Source: Camelus ferus
Taxonomy: Eukaryota
Length of the DNA: 64,000 bases
Assembly: GCF_009834535.1 (NCBI RefSeq)
Contig: NC_045698.1
Location: 3,412,001 to 3,476,000, forward strand
Direction of reading: 5' to 3'
The position numbers and the translations under genes were made by a program. The notes under the pieces were generated by a model. It was not told the DNA's origin. It did not search any database and saw nothing but the letters and a program-made list of their open reading frames with translations. This document shows, piece by piece, positions 1-13,099 of the stretch (positions within the stretch are counted from its first letter, which is position 1; every line of letters starts with the position of its first letter).

Positions 1-168
1 AATCAATTTTCACTGCAGAATGAAGGAGCTGTTGCAGTGGAGGATTGCTGGACTGAAGGTCAGTCAGTTTTATGAGAATAGTGCGCGTGTGCTCCGTTTT
101 TGGTAACCGTAGTCACTGTTGCTTTTGTCATGATCACCCGTTTACAGTGCTTGTTGTCAGCTTATCTC

Positions 169-173
<5 letters not shown>

Positions 174-228
<55 letters not shown>

Positions 229-229
229 G
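174..229. repeat. A26 tract followed by (TG)13 microsatellite
   Basis: A run 174-199, TG repeat 204-229, read directly. Confidence 0.95.
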
Positions 230-3200
230 AGCTGTGAGCATGTGGAGAGTCAAGGTAAACTTGATTGGATTTGGGAGAAGCAGGAGTTCATTCAAATTTC
301 ACATTATAATGTGAAATAAATGTCAAAATTTATTGACAAATGACCACAGTAACCCCTACTTTTAACCTTGTAGATTGCTAGGGATGGGGGTAGGGGGAAG
401 GACAATATTCTTAATGGACCAAGTAATTTAAGTTCCTATAATTGTTTAAACTAGGTTTGCCAATGAGCCTCTTTGTTTCATTCTCACTGGGGTAAGAGTC
501 TTGTAACAGTCATGGACGGTGTGCTTCCAGAGGCCTTTCTAGACAAGGATGGCTGAGCTTGTCTGGGTGGCCCAGAGGACATGCTTTGAACCAACAAGAG
601 TGTTTGCTCAAGACCTGCCCGCAGGAGCCCATGGCAATCACAGCTAGCCACACCTCGGTCATCCGCAGCGGCTGACATTAGTAACTCGTTTATGTCTGTT
701 GCTCAGAATAAGCTGAGATGTTTTTCCCTAGAATACTGTTAGTTTTGAAATGATTCTCCAGGCAGCCCAGAACGAGGCTTATTTCATTTTAAAGAAGTCT
801 GTATGGTACTGGTACCTGCCTTACGAATAAGATATTCAAAGACGCGTTTCACGTTTTCCCCCATACATGATTGAAATGAAGTGAAATCCCCAAATTTTAG
901 TATCTGTGATGATTCATATAGGACTTAGACCGAGGCAGACCTTACCAACTTCTTTTGCTATGATTTGAAGGCATACTTGTTTCCTGGTCCAAAGTTCAGA
1001 TTCGTTTTCCTTCTAATTTCTCACTTGACTGGTCCTACGGCCAGAAGCTGCCCCGGGTGAGTGTGGACTCCGTGAGCGGGATCTGCCAACTGGATTTTCC
1101 GGCGCTCTCGTGCTGTTCCCACCCCTCCCTCACTCCCAGTGCACATCACACTCGTGAGGCTCCAATAAGACAGAGCTTCGCCTAAGCCGTTAGTGGAAGA
1201 GTCAGTCCTTAAAGTGGGGGCCAAGTTCCTGAACCCCACAGAGGATTCTCTCCCAGAAGTGTCAGCAATTGTTGCCCAGTTTGTTGTATCTGGAGAATTT
1301 CTCCCTCTCCTAAAATGACAGTTGAATTTTTAGGACTGTTCTTTCAGAGAATGCCAGGCTTCTACTCTCCAGGGATCTGAAATCGCCCTGGTCTCCACAT
1401 GGAGTGAACTACAAGAGGGTTCAGCCACTTAATGACCCTGTGGAGGAGGCATCCGTCTACACAGCCCATCAGGCTGCAGCTGGACCTGGGGAGGGGAGGT
1501 GGGGTGGAGAAATTGAGGTCAGCACAGGAGCTCAACTGGAGGCTCAGATCCACCAGCTCATGGCCACGGCAAAGCAGCCAGCGTCACCCCGACACAGACC
1601 CACATTTTAAGGGAGAATGAACACTAACTGCTCCATGTTTATCTCCTGCTGGCTTGATAAAGAGTAACCCCACAAGAGATGCACACCTTCTGTTTATTTG
1701 AGAGTCTTAGATATAAATTAATCATAGATCACTCCGAGTTTTAAAAACCCCAGAGCAAATTCCCGCACACTGCATATTCCATATTACTCTGATATGGAAT
1801 GAAAAAGGAGTTGAAGGTATATGTCAATTTACTACACCTAGTCATCTGAACATCGTTATATAAATGGAAATTCTAAAGCACCAATAGGCTTTGAAAAACT
1901 GTAAAGGGTAATTTTTTACATACCCAGGAAGACACATAAGACCATGGATTTGAATCTTTACCTCTCCCAGTTTGTTGCTGAAATGCCAAAATTAATGTAA
2001 CAAGGGAAATATTATGAAACTTATAAAATATAAAGAAGTCCTAGCCACAAATCTGACATACGGAAAAGCTCTGGCAGAAGACCAGGCTGGTGGAAAGTGG
2101 GCACAGAGAGGTACCTTCTGCAGAGAGAGGAGCAGCTCCCCCCGCCCCCCGCCGCCCCCGGCCACATCTCCCTGTCTCAGGAGCCGCCCTTGGCCCCGAG
2201 GGTCTGTGGGCCAGAACAGAGCCCAGTGCGCAGCAGTCCTGCTCGGCCGCGTTCACCCAAGGTTGGGGGCGGGGGGTCAACACACTCTGCCCTCAAAGCA
2301 GCGATGTCAGGTGCCAGTAACTTCATTAATAATGTCAGCAGACTTGAGAAAAGTCCTCGTGGCCTAAAAGAGGTTATGGCCTTGGGCAGGAAACACAAAA
2401 ACTTGAGCTATCAAAACCTCCACATCAGGCCTGCCGCGAGCAAGGAGCAATACGGAGGAAGCAAAGCGTTCCGGGAGACAGCGTGACTGTCGTATCTTTA
2501 GATGTTATCGAGAAAGTTAATAATTAATACGAAAGCTACCACAGAAAATCTAAGTCATGAATTAGAAAATCAATTTAAAAGAATCTTGACTGTAGAGAAG
2601 GGATGGTAAATCGCTTTCATTTTGTGCCTCAGCTATTGCTGACTGTAGTGTCTGCCTCTGCTGATGAAGCTGAGGTTCTGCCTGGGAGCAGCAAGAAAGG
2701 GTGTACTGACCACAGGGCTGTCCTCTACGGTGTGAATTCTGAATTTCAATTTCAAAATGTCATCAAGGATCTGATTAGTATGAAGGAAGATAAAGCACAC
2801 ATCTCCTCGGACTGGACCGTTTTCCTGCAAAGAAGCAAGTGTCAGACCCGCTTAGGTGTCTGTGGAGCCATCTGCACGTAATTCTATGGGAAAGTTGTGT
2901 GAGTCTAGAGTTCTCTATTCAACCCACTGACAAACGTGTGTGACAACCAAAATAAATAAGCAAAAAATTAAATAAACAGAAAGAACATAGAAATTATGGC
3001 ATCTAACACCTTCTTATACAAATCAAGCTTCTAAGACTGACCTAGAATGAAGACGTCAAGAGAGAAGACATGGTCCAGAAGAAAGACTGGGTGAAGAAGA
3101 GACATTCGCCACTTATTTAGGTAGAAACAATTGCTTTCTATTTATTTGTTAAGTTTAATGCAAATATTAAGAAATTATTCTCATAGTGTGTTTAAAATCC

Positions 3201-6200
3201 ATATCAAAAATACTGTGTGACTTCATCACAAGCTCAGAGGTGTCAGTGTGGACGGAGTGAACAGTCCCGGATCAGGAAAGAGAGTTAACGAGGATCAGGA
3301 GCGTGAGTTAACGGGTACTATTTTTTCTTGACATTAGCTGAGAAATGGAGACTCAGCTCTACTTTCTAACAGGTGAGTGTCAAGTTACAGAACAGAAGAA
3401 ATTACTTCAAGGAAGGTTGAAAGTGGTGCTTTATTGGGAATAAAGAAAACGATGAGGGATCTGGGGCAGGGGGCTGGACAAGGATGGTGACCCCAGTGAA
3501 GGAAAGAAAAGCGTGCCCCCAAGACTCCTCAGGGAGCCTGGGCAGCCACAGCCCCGTGCTGAGGATGACGGAAAGACTGGAAAAGAGCAGGGCCACCCTC
3601 CAATGGGGCCAGTGGCAAAGAGGCCATGTAGTTTCCTGGGATGAAACCAAAAGGACCTAAAAATTAAAAAGCACTCTGCCAAGCTGTGCCTTGGGTGAGA
3701 CTGAAGGGGAGAAGGGGACCTACAAACCACGGGCCAGCAGCTCAGACTGAGTCCCAAGAAGATGGAAGTCTTCACTTTGCAGGTCTTCCCAGGGGGAAGA
3801 AGAAGCTGAGAACCCCAGGGTGAGAGCGCTGGGGGTGGAGACCAGGCAGAGATGGAGAAAAGGCTCAGACGGTGGGCTCTGGGGGCTGGGGGTGATGCCT
3901 TGAGAGGCGGGTCTCACCCAAGGACTCAGTCCGTCTCTACAGAATCTCTAGGGGAACGTCAGGCAGGTGTTCTATGCAGGGCATTTTCAACTGCACATTT
4001 TCATAAGCTGCAGTCAGGATGTGTACCCCAAATTTTAAACACTGTCTGTGAAGGAAAGGGATGGGGAAAAAATCCTCCAGTTTGGCACAGAAAACCACCC
4101 AAAACTGTCCTGTAAATATGTGTGGACACAGGTCTTACCAACGTAGATGTGAGGTCAAACCATACGAAACTGCTGAGATTCGGCTTTTTTTACTTACAAA
4201 CATAGTAATTTCACATGGTTCAAACAAATCACTGACAGTCTGTTGACATAGCAGAGACTTCATATTTGGCGCTGATCCTATTAGCATGTATTGCAATCGA
4301 ATGAAGCCGCCCCGCATTTCAGGTGCCTACACCTGCAGGGAGTGGCTCAGCTTTTGAATGACACCTTCAAGATTTGGAAAGATAAGGACAGAAACAGACA
4401 AGATCACTTGCAGAATTTTTTTCCAGATGTTTACTAATGTGGATTTAAAGGGTTTCTCTTTAAATTATTAGTATTAAACAAGTGAGTAACCAAGAGTAGA
4501 AGAGTTTGGTTTCTTTGTCGACAAAGATGATTTTCACCTTGTGGACAGTGAAATGGTTGGGTTTTGTATGCCCCCCCCAAACTATCTCTAACCATTTATG
4601 AAAATGAGCCTCCAGAGATAAACTTGGAAGTCTGATCCTATGATTTAAAGCAAAGTGAAGTTAATAAATAACCATGGCTGTTAATTGTAAGTAAAGTGAA
4701 ATATTTCATTTTAATTTAACTTAATATAGAATTCTGTCCCCCTCAACCTTGGTGATGTTGGGTCTCATTCAAAGAAACTAAACTGGAAACATACCAGTCA
4801 AAAATATTGTATGAGATGCTTAAGAGATGTCCTAGAGTTTGACAAAAGCCTGACTGCAGATCCGTGGCAGCTGGCAATCTGCCTAGATCATTTCTAAAGA
4901 GAGACTGGAATGACTTGATGTCTAAAGGCCAACAAATGCGGCTTTGGGAAAAGAAGGTTGTGTCTCTGGCTCCCCTGGGACTCTCCCAAGCTCTGGAAGT
5001 CTGGTCAGGCAGAAAATGCAGAGAACAGTGTGCCCTGGGATATCAACATTAAAATAAATAAAAAATGAAGCTCGAGGGAGCTACAACCTGGCAAAGAAGT
5101 CATTCCCTGATAATAAGTCTTTTGAAAGCTTGACAGAGGAAGCAAAATTGCCCTGGAAACAAAACTGATGGACTCACCTTTTCAGTTTTAATATTGATCA
5201 AGTGAATTTGCCAAATCTGAAAATAGGCACTCAGCTCTATGTACACGTGCACACGTGCACACACTCAGCTGCGCATGGGAGTCCGGCCGCCACTGCAGGC
5301 TTGAACAGAAAAGGGGAGACTGGAGAGCAACTGAGGCTGTCGGACGTGGGGGCGGGGAGGGGACCAGGGTGTCTCAGTTACGCCGCATCCTGGAGAGAGA
5401 CGCTGACCCGTGTGCGCCGTACCCGTGTGGCCAGCCCAGTGTGCGACTCTGAACTCGCTCACCTCAGGGGACATAAAAGAACGTTAGTGATTGACAGGAA
5501 AGGCAGGCTGGGGCTGTACTGAGCCAAGCTATTAGAGCGCTGCACATTCCTTCCTGCCTCGAAACAAGCAAGGGTCTTGGAGACAAATGGTCAGACAGCA
5601 AAGATCACCTGTTGGAGGGGAGATGCGGTCCGTCCCCCGTCCTCCCTCCACCGGGATTTCTCAGCTACAGAAGCTCCTGCCGGGTGCTGTCTGCACCCTC
5701 ACCTGGGCAGGTGTAAAGTTAGAAGCGGGTGGGAGCAGCCCCATGGCCAGCTGAGCAGAGAGGAGCTGGAGCGGATGTGGAGGCATGAAGCTGACCTTTC
5801 CTAAAGCCCGAGCAGACCCTTCCAGAAGTAGCTGGGCTTGTGTCAAGTTGTCCATAATAATGACCCTTCTACGTAGAGCCAGAGGCCCTCATTCCGACTT
5901 ATGTGACCACCGTGCTAAGAATTCAGCGCTCAGAGTTCAGGGTGGAGGGGCACAGGAAAAGGACACCTCTCACCTGAGGACTTGTTCCAAACTGCGTTTG
6001 CTACACACTTAACAGGCATGAAATGACAAATAACCCACTCATCTGGTGGCACAAAGACGAGAGGAAGACCCAAACCATAAAGAACTAGAAAGAAGAATCA
6101 GGACGTCTGAGCAAATGATGGAGACGGATGCTGAAGAGAGGGGTGTCAGAAGCACCTTGAAGGATTCAGTTTGGGTCTGTGAGAGTAGTCATGTCATTGA

Positions 6201-8835
6201 GAACATTAGAGCACTGAAGAGGGACTCCATCTGGAGAGACCTTGGCAAGACATCTGCCCAGGCAGACAAAGCAAGCGGGTGACTAAGGAAATGAGAGTGA
6301 ATCCAAGGAAATGAAGAAGCAACCCAGCGCTGAATCCACGTGTGCAGCTCTGGTGAAACGAGGGAGAGGGGAGGGGGCTTTTCTGAGTTTACGCTGGTTG
6401 TTGCACAAGTGAGATTCACACCAATGTGCCCAGTGTTATAAATGCCGCAAAGTAACTGCTGAGGATGTGCAAAGGAGGAAGGACTTGCTCCAGTTCAGCT
6501 GACTCTTGAAGGGTGGGTGACAGCGAGGCAGATGCGGCCAGACTGAGGAGTGGGCCGCAGGCCGGGGCAGGGGACGCGGGGGCAGGAGGCCGGGGCTGCT
6601 CATGCCCCCAGCTCGCTGGGGTCTGCGGTGCGGGGCACAGGAGGGGGACTCACGGGGACCAGCGTCACCAGGCAGACGGGGGGAGGGGCTGCATCTTGTG
6701 CTAATTTTGATGAACTGATGGATTTGTCTGTGGCTTACAGTGAGGGCAGAGGGGAGGGGTGGGAGCTGGGAGTTCTTTCAGAGAAGAGCAGCAAAGATGA
6801 AGAGGGGGGAAATAGTCCCGGCTCCTCCCCCGAGGGTTTCCCCCAAGGGACAGCCAGGGACAGCCGGGTCCAGCAGCAACGGTGGAGGAGAAGCTCTCAG
6901 TCTTGGGGACACGTTGGTTGTTGGGAAAAGGAACGAGGTGAAACTGAAGAAACCTGTCAGGTATGGAGCCCGAGTGTCCAGACGCACGGCGAGGAGCTTA
7001 GAAGGCTAAACAGATGGAAGAGGAGGCTGGGGTTTCCTGCGACAGGAAGACAGGGCGCTGCTGGGACACCCAGATGGACCAACACTGGAAACCAGCAGAA
7101 CGAAGCTGACGACGGACATTTATGTTGTGCCGGGAGAGGAGGGAGCTGATGCCCTGGCGGGTAGTTTTCGGACATCAGCGCACAGCTGGTCACCTGGAGG
7201 GCGAGTCCACAGAGCTGGGATGAGGCCCGGGAGCCGGCACTCTCGGCCAGAGCACTGCACTCTGAAAATCGCTGCCTTAGAGAGTACATCACAATGGGAG
7301 GGACTGTGGGTAAAGAACGAGAAAGGACTGAGAAGGCGTGATCCCGCGTGGAGCCGAACCACCCGTTAGAGCCCCCAGAGGGGCTTACACAGACCAGAAC
7401 AGACGCAGCCCCCACCCCACCCAAGAGAAAAGCGCTCAGCCCTCCCCCACCTCCCAAGATCCTGCTCCAGTCGGCCTGGTCCCACATGGTATCACTGGTA
7501 TTTTTGAAGCTCTCTGCATCGTTCCAACATTCATCCAGGGTTGAGGGTTGCTGATCAGGGAGACAAGAAGAGAAAGAACTATTTATTTTCTAGAGAGGTA
7601 CATAAGGATCCCAAGTTTCCTGACGCAACCTAGTTCTCCTTTCTTTATTCAAGAAAACACCAGGGAAAAGCCATGAGTTTATAGACAGTCCAACTGAAAT
7701 GCTGGCAACTGAGATAAGAAATTGCTCGCTCTTGTGACATCTTTAAGAGATGGCGCGTGGATGAAGCTTCAGAAGCATCAATGTCCAGCCCTCCTTAACC
7801 CCCCTTCCCCCACACAAGCACTGTGGAAGTTGTGCAGTGCGGGTTCCTGGTGTGGTGCCCACTGTGGATTAGATGTTAAGGGCAACTCAATGATTTTCTG
7901 AACGGATGAGCAGATTTAACCTGGAGTTGAATTCAATTTAGCTGTATTTCTTACTTGTGTTTCCTGCACACTGAGGGCTCTGCTGTTTCTAGAGCTAGGC
8001 TCCAAGTCCTGTCAAGGTCCCCGAGCTGAGAAGACAGACCCGGTCCTGGACACTCTCCTGCCCCCACAGACCCCGGGTCTCACTCATCTCATTTCTGACT
8101 CCAGCAAGGGAACTCTTTCTTTCACCCATCCTCGGAGACGACTGAGGACGTTTTAACTGATAGACATGCTGCTGAATTGAGCCCAAGTAAAGTCAATCAG
8201 TGATTAGCAAAGCTGCCAAGTGTCCCCAGTTTTGACGTTTCTCCCTCCACTCCCAGTTCTGAGTCAGGGTTGCTCAGATGAATAAAAACATATTTTCAGC
8301 AACCTGAGCCCATAGACTGAGTACGAGGCATGCACTTTCGGCAGTCAGCAATTCTGCTGCGTTGAAATTGGCCACGTTTCAAGCTACACATTTTTGTAAA
8401 AAGAAAAAAAAAATCCCTAAATACATTCATGAAATAATTTATACTCTTTCCTACTAACTTTTTGCTGCCCCCACAGTACAAGTTTCCTGGTTTCAAAAAT
8501 ATATATATCCCTTGCTGGGGAAGTGGAGTAATTTAAAAAGGGGGCCCTCACTGTCCCTCCCCAGTCGTCCCTGTAACAGGAGGGACCTCGGGACATTCTG
8601 ACGCGGGCTGAGTTTGGGGGGTTAGCCCTTACGCCTGCAGGCCAGCCCGGTGAAGTTTTGATCTGGAATAAGGATTTAACTGAAGGGAAGTCACATACAT
8701 GAGGTAGACCACCCTGTTTCCACAGACACAGGGAAGGCAGGTGACCTGGCTGTAGTTCCTAACTCGGTGCTCTGCAGGGAGCTCTTCGGTGATCAGGACA
8801 AACTAAAGTGTCGGTGGCTTTATTAAAATTAAATC

Positions 8836-9020
8836 ATCAACATTGATTCATCAAGTGCGACACATGGACAAACGAATGCATGTTGTTAAAAAAAATTAGA
8901 GGGAAAGTGTTATGGGAGGAAAGGGGGCACGTGGGAAATCTCTGTTCCTTCTGTGTGATTTTTCTGTAAACCTCAAAATGCTCTAAAAATTGTCTATTAA
9001 TCAAAAAACAAACAAAAAAA
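8836..9020 (+). mobile_element. Old L1 (L1MC/L1MD-like) 3' end fragment
   Basis: 'gggaaatctctgttccttctgtgtgatttttctgtaaacctcaaaatgctctaaaaattgtctatt' followed by an A-rich tail resembles remembered L1M 3' termini. Subfamily tentative. Confidence 0.7.
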
Positions 9021-10395
9021 GACAGAAAAAGTAAATCATCCCTTCTGAGTGAATGTTGTATAAATGCATCTACACACCTGCCTATGTCTTCGAGCTGCCG
9101 ACCTTGCCTGAGAACCTTTTCCTCATTCTGAGCTCTCTTTTCACTCCCTGAAAACCCAGTCATTTCACCCTCCACTGGCCTGTGGTCTTTCTTCGTACGG
9201 TATAGCCCATGCACTCTTCAAATGTGACACAAGCTGGAGTTCTAGGAGATGGGACATCAAAAATAATATTAGAAGCCGCATATGTAATAGTTTAACGAAC
9301 ACAACAGCTAACCTAGAACGTGGAATGGCATATAATTGAGTGTTCTCAGCCCAGTCTTCTGCAGTCATGAGGAAGAATTTCAAAAGGCTCTTGGCATATG
9401 TACTTTTAAAAAATCCCCAACACAATGGGAACTGAATGCAAATGTCTAGAAAACCCCACGCCTCATGTTGGACTGTAAAGTCTCTGTGACCCTGATCTTT
9501 TATCCAGGATGGAATTTCTCTGTTCAGAGCATCCTTGTGTTTGTAATCGGTACACGGAAAAGGTGGACATCTCTGAAGTGTCCCCCCAGGGGGTCCACGT
9601 GGACACCAAGCCCTCAGAGGAGCCCTGCACCTCCTGCCCCCCAGGACTCAGACCTGGGAGCCAAAATCAAATCAGAGCCTTGCTCCGTGGAAGAGAAGGC
9701 GTGAAGAGGAGGCCTGAGAGAGTCAGTTCTGTGGCCTGCCCGGAGCATGGGTACCAAACAGGAACATCCAGGGACCAGCTGGAAGGACCACTGAGAAGCC
9801 CGGATAATAGAAGAAGAAAGAGAAAGTGCCGGGTGGAGATGATGCTGCGCAAAGTCACAGAGCCGGGCCAAGGGGACCTGAAGGTGGGAAAGGCCGCACA
9901 GCTGCTCAAGGAGCAGCGGGGAAGGTTCCAGCAAGGCCAGGGGACGCCTGCGAGCCCGGCCTGGGCTGGAGGGAGAGAGCCCTCGGCACCTGGCCGGTCC
10001 CACAGGCATCCGGGCTTTCTGGTGGGGACACGTGCCTGTCACTTCTGTCTGGTTACTGTCGTCCCGCACTGCCCGGTGTGGCCAGGACCCCTCGCCCCCA
10101 GGAAAGGCTTCCTCCCACTGGACCCCAGAGAGAACTGTCCTTAGAAGGATGGCATTTGTGTGGGGAAGGAGCCGCCAGAGACAAGACCGCAGCCGGGGGC
10201 TGCACCTGCACGGGCCACGCCAGGACCCGCTTCCAGACGCGGCTTTCTGAAAGCGGCAGCTCTGCTGGATGGGATTGCGTAAACCCGGAGGGCACTCTTA
10301 CCTTTCCTTAGTAGGCGGTTGTCTCCCAGCATCTCAGAACTTAACAGCCGGTCTGTCATCATAGCAGCCTGGCCTTCCAGCATGCGAGCCTGACT

Positions 10396-10511
10396 CTGTG
10401 TGTGCCTGTATGTGTGTGTGTGTGTGTGTCTGTGTGCATGTGTCTGGGTGTCTGTGTGTGTCTGTCTGTCTGTGTCTGTCTGTGTGTCTGTGTCTGTCTG
10501 TGTCTGTGTGT

Positions 10512-10544
<33 letters not shown>
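10396..10544. repeat. Compound (TG)n/(TGTC)n microsatellite
   Basis: About 150 bp of TG and TCTG units, read directly. It explains the low-complexity VC/HT ORFs here. Confidence 0.95.
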
Positions 10545-10548
<4 letters not shown>

Positions 10549-11249
10549 GCACAGTTTCCCCGTTTCCCCCGAGCTCTCCCCTCTCCAGGCCCTGTCACAC
10601 AGTAGGGATCTTCCCCTCTGATTTCCCTCTTTATCTTCTCCAGAGATGTGGTAAGTGTGCTTCTAGCTTGCCACTCTGCCTGATTTCCACATGGCCGTTT
10701 TATTTCTAACATTAAGTGCGGATTTAGGAGGAACGTGACAAGGGTGAGATCATGGGCTGCGTACAGCCTGGGCGCCCTCCTGGCCTGGCGTCTGCTCTGT
10801 TGAGGACTTGCTATTGGACAAAACCATAAACCCCAACCTCAGAACAAGTACCCCAGGAAAACCAGTAGTGATGCCAGAGACCTGGTTCCACACACACAGA
10901 TGCTCTCGCAGGCTGGGCGAGCCATGGAGAATATTTAGTGTCTTGTCTAAACGTCATCCGTCACACTCAAGGGCGTGTTACTGCCTGGTCCTTCAAGGGG
11001 CAGCCTTGAGAAGATGCGGGCTTTCAACTCAGAGTGGCAGCAGCATCTTAGTCCTGTCTGACTGTGTGTCCTCATACTGAATCCTGGCTGTCCCGCTTTC
11101 TCTCCCCACTGTCCCCTCACTGCTCCACACTGATGGCACTTCACCACCACAGGAAGATCGTATTGTTTTTCTTCCTCTGCTCCTTAGAACTAGGCCAAAT
11201 TCTCCACACTAGAGCTCATCAACCTGCAAGAATCATAAGTCACCTCGGA

Positions 11250-11751
11250 GCCTTTTCCAAAGCTCATCCTGCTGGCCACAGGACAGGCCAATAAATCGAG
11301 AGATGAGGTGTTGGGGACAAGGAATAGCAACTTTATTTGGAAAGCCAGCAGACCAATGAGATGGTGGACTAGTGTCCCAAAGAACCATCTTCCCCAAGCT
11401 AGAATTCAGGCTTCTGATTATTAAAGTGGAGATGGTGTGGCTGGTTGTTAAAAACTTCTTAGTGTTGGAATCCTTTGTTCTTGTGGCTGCCCAGGTAGGT
11501 CTGGTCACAATGTACCTATAAAACTCCAACAGGACAATTGTTATTGTCTGTTCTGCAACTTTTTAATGGAAAAGTGTTAATACCTTTAAAGGTCAGAGCC
11601 TTGAGGAGGGGCTCTCCAGTACATTTCAGGCTGCAGGCAACATTCTTTTACAGCAGGTGCAGCGCCAGCATGACTAAGCACAGGCAACAGAGCACAGGGC
11701 TAGCATGGAGGGAACAGATGCAGTATGGAGGCAGCTTTGTTCTCTGCTACA
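11250..11751 (-). mobile_element. ERV1-class solo LTR (MER34/MER39-like)
   Basis: Minus strand starts TGTAGCAG at 11751 and near its 3' end reads 'aataaagttgctattccttgtccccaacacctcatctctcgatttattggcctgtc', matching my recollection of MER34/39-group R/U5. The 3' boundary is approximate. Confidence 0.7.
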
Positions 11752-12969
11752 GAGTGATGACGAGTTTGAGTAGCTAAGTATTGTGCCTGAGCCTGGCCAT
11801 GTCACACCTGGCTGGCCTTTTTTACAAACTGGTAAAGCTGAGAAAAGACACCACACCAAAAGCGGCTGCCTGGGCCCCAGGCCTGTGTCCCTCCTCAGTT
11901 CCCCCACCCTTTCCTCTTGCTCTGTGCTCCACCTGGTCACCCTCCCTCCTGATCATTCGCACAATCCATGTGCTCTTAGCAGGTTAAGAGGCAACTCTGC
12001 CACAGAGGGACCAATAGCTGCCTTCCACCGAGCTTTCCTCAAATGGACTTGGTCACAGATTCCTTCATCAAGAGACACCTGTGAGCAGGCCCAGCAACAC
12101 ACACTGGAAGCTCGGGGCCTGGAAGATTTTCTGGTGTGGAGTGAATCTTGGCTGCCAGTCACGAGGATTAAAAACCCCGACATGTTTTTTTTTAATCTGA
12201 GACAATCCTACACTGTATATAAAACAGTGGAAAGAGGACACATGACCAAGCTTGATCAGAGGAGGCTCGAAAGTCAAGTGCAAAGGCAGCCCAGGGACAA
12301 AAGCAGCACTGACATCAGGCAGCCCTGCCGCTGTGGTTGCCATGGCAACGCACAGGGACTCAGTCTTCATGTCATCTGGAGGCGGGGCGGGCCTTGGCCA
12401 GGGCCAGAACAGCACAGCTTGAGTCAGGTGTGGTGCCCAAAGGAAGTGCACAGACGTGAAACAAGCAGGTGTTGACTGTCGATGTTCAGACTGGAACCCA
12501 CGTCGCATCCTCACCACATGGAAAGGAAGTCAAACTGTAAATGTGGCGAGTTCTCCGTATGTCCTCATTTCTCAGTGTGTGGGCGGGGGCAGGGAGGGGC
12601 CCAAGGCAGAGGTCCAGCAGAATGATTAATTACTAAGGACCCACTTAACATCAGAAAGGCCATTTCTAATCACTGTTCTTGGGAGGTTAGGACACTATTC
12701 TCAGAAAGCTGGTAGTCTAGAGGCACAGAGGGGGCGGATAAACACCAAGAAAACCTCAGGGTTATAAACCCTGACCACATCCCTCTGGTCAGGATGGTTC
12801 TTCCTGGACGCCCAGGGCCTGGGGTCTCAGCAGCAGCAGCCTCGTCCTCATCCAGGCCAGCCCAGCAACTCAGTCAACCGGACGGCAGCGCTGCCCGGAA
12901 TCCCCATGGAGAGGCTGGTGCCAGCAGCACAGATGCTGTAGCAGGGTGACCAGGTCACAACTGTGGTGT

Positions 12970-13031
12970 CCCCTCACACCTCCGACTCCCAGTGTCCTCA
13001 ACTGTGAAGTGGGGATCCTCACCCACCTCAT
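12970..13031 (+). mobile_element. MIR SINE core fragment
   Basis: 'cagtgtcctcaactgtgaagtgggga' resembles the MIR core 'cagtttcctcatctgtaaaatgggga'. Confidence 0.55.
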
Positions 13032-13099
13032 CTACCGCGAAGACTGACTGCGATTAAACAGGCTGATGAAGGGAGCTGTCACCTGGACATTTATAATTA

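Noticed and set aside
6550..10311. ORFs of 150-211 aa at 6.5-7.5 kb and 9.5-10.3 kb
   Set aside because: No recognisable domain, composition typical of GC-rich non-coding DNA, and overlapping ORFs in several frames.
10334..10712. HT-rich and VC-rich ORFs
   Set aside because: Translations of the TG/TGTC microsatellite.
11783..12475. 230-aa ORF next to an LTR (possible gag or leader)
   Set aside because: Non-ATG start, no gag/pol/env motifs, and it lies upstream of the minus-strand LTR 5' end, where no internal ERV sequence is expected.
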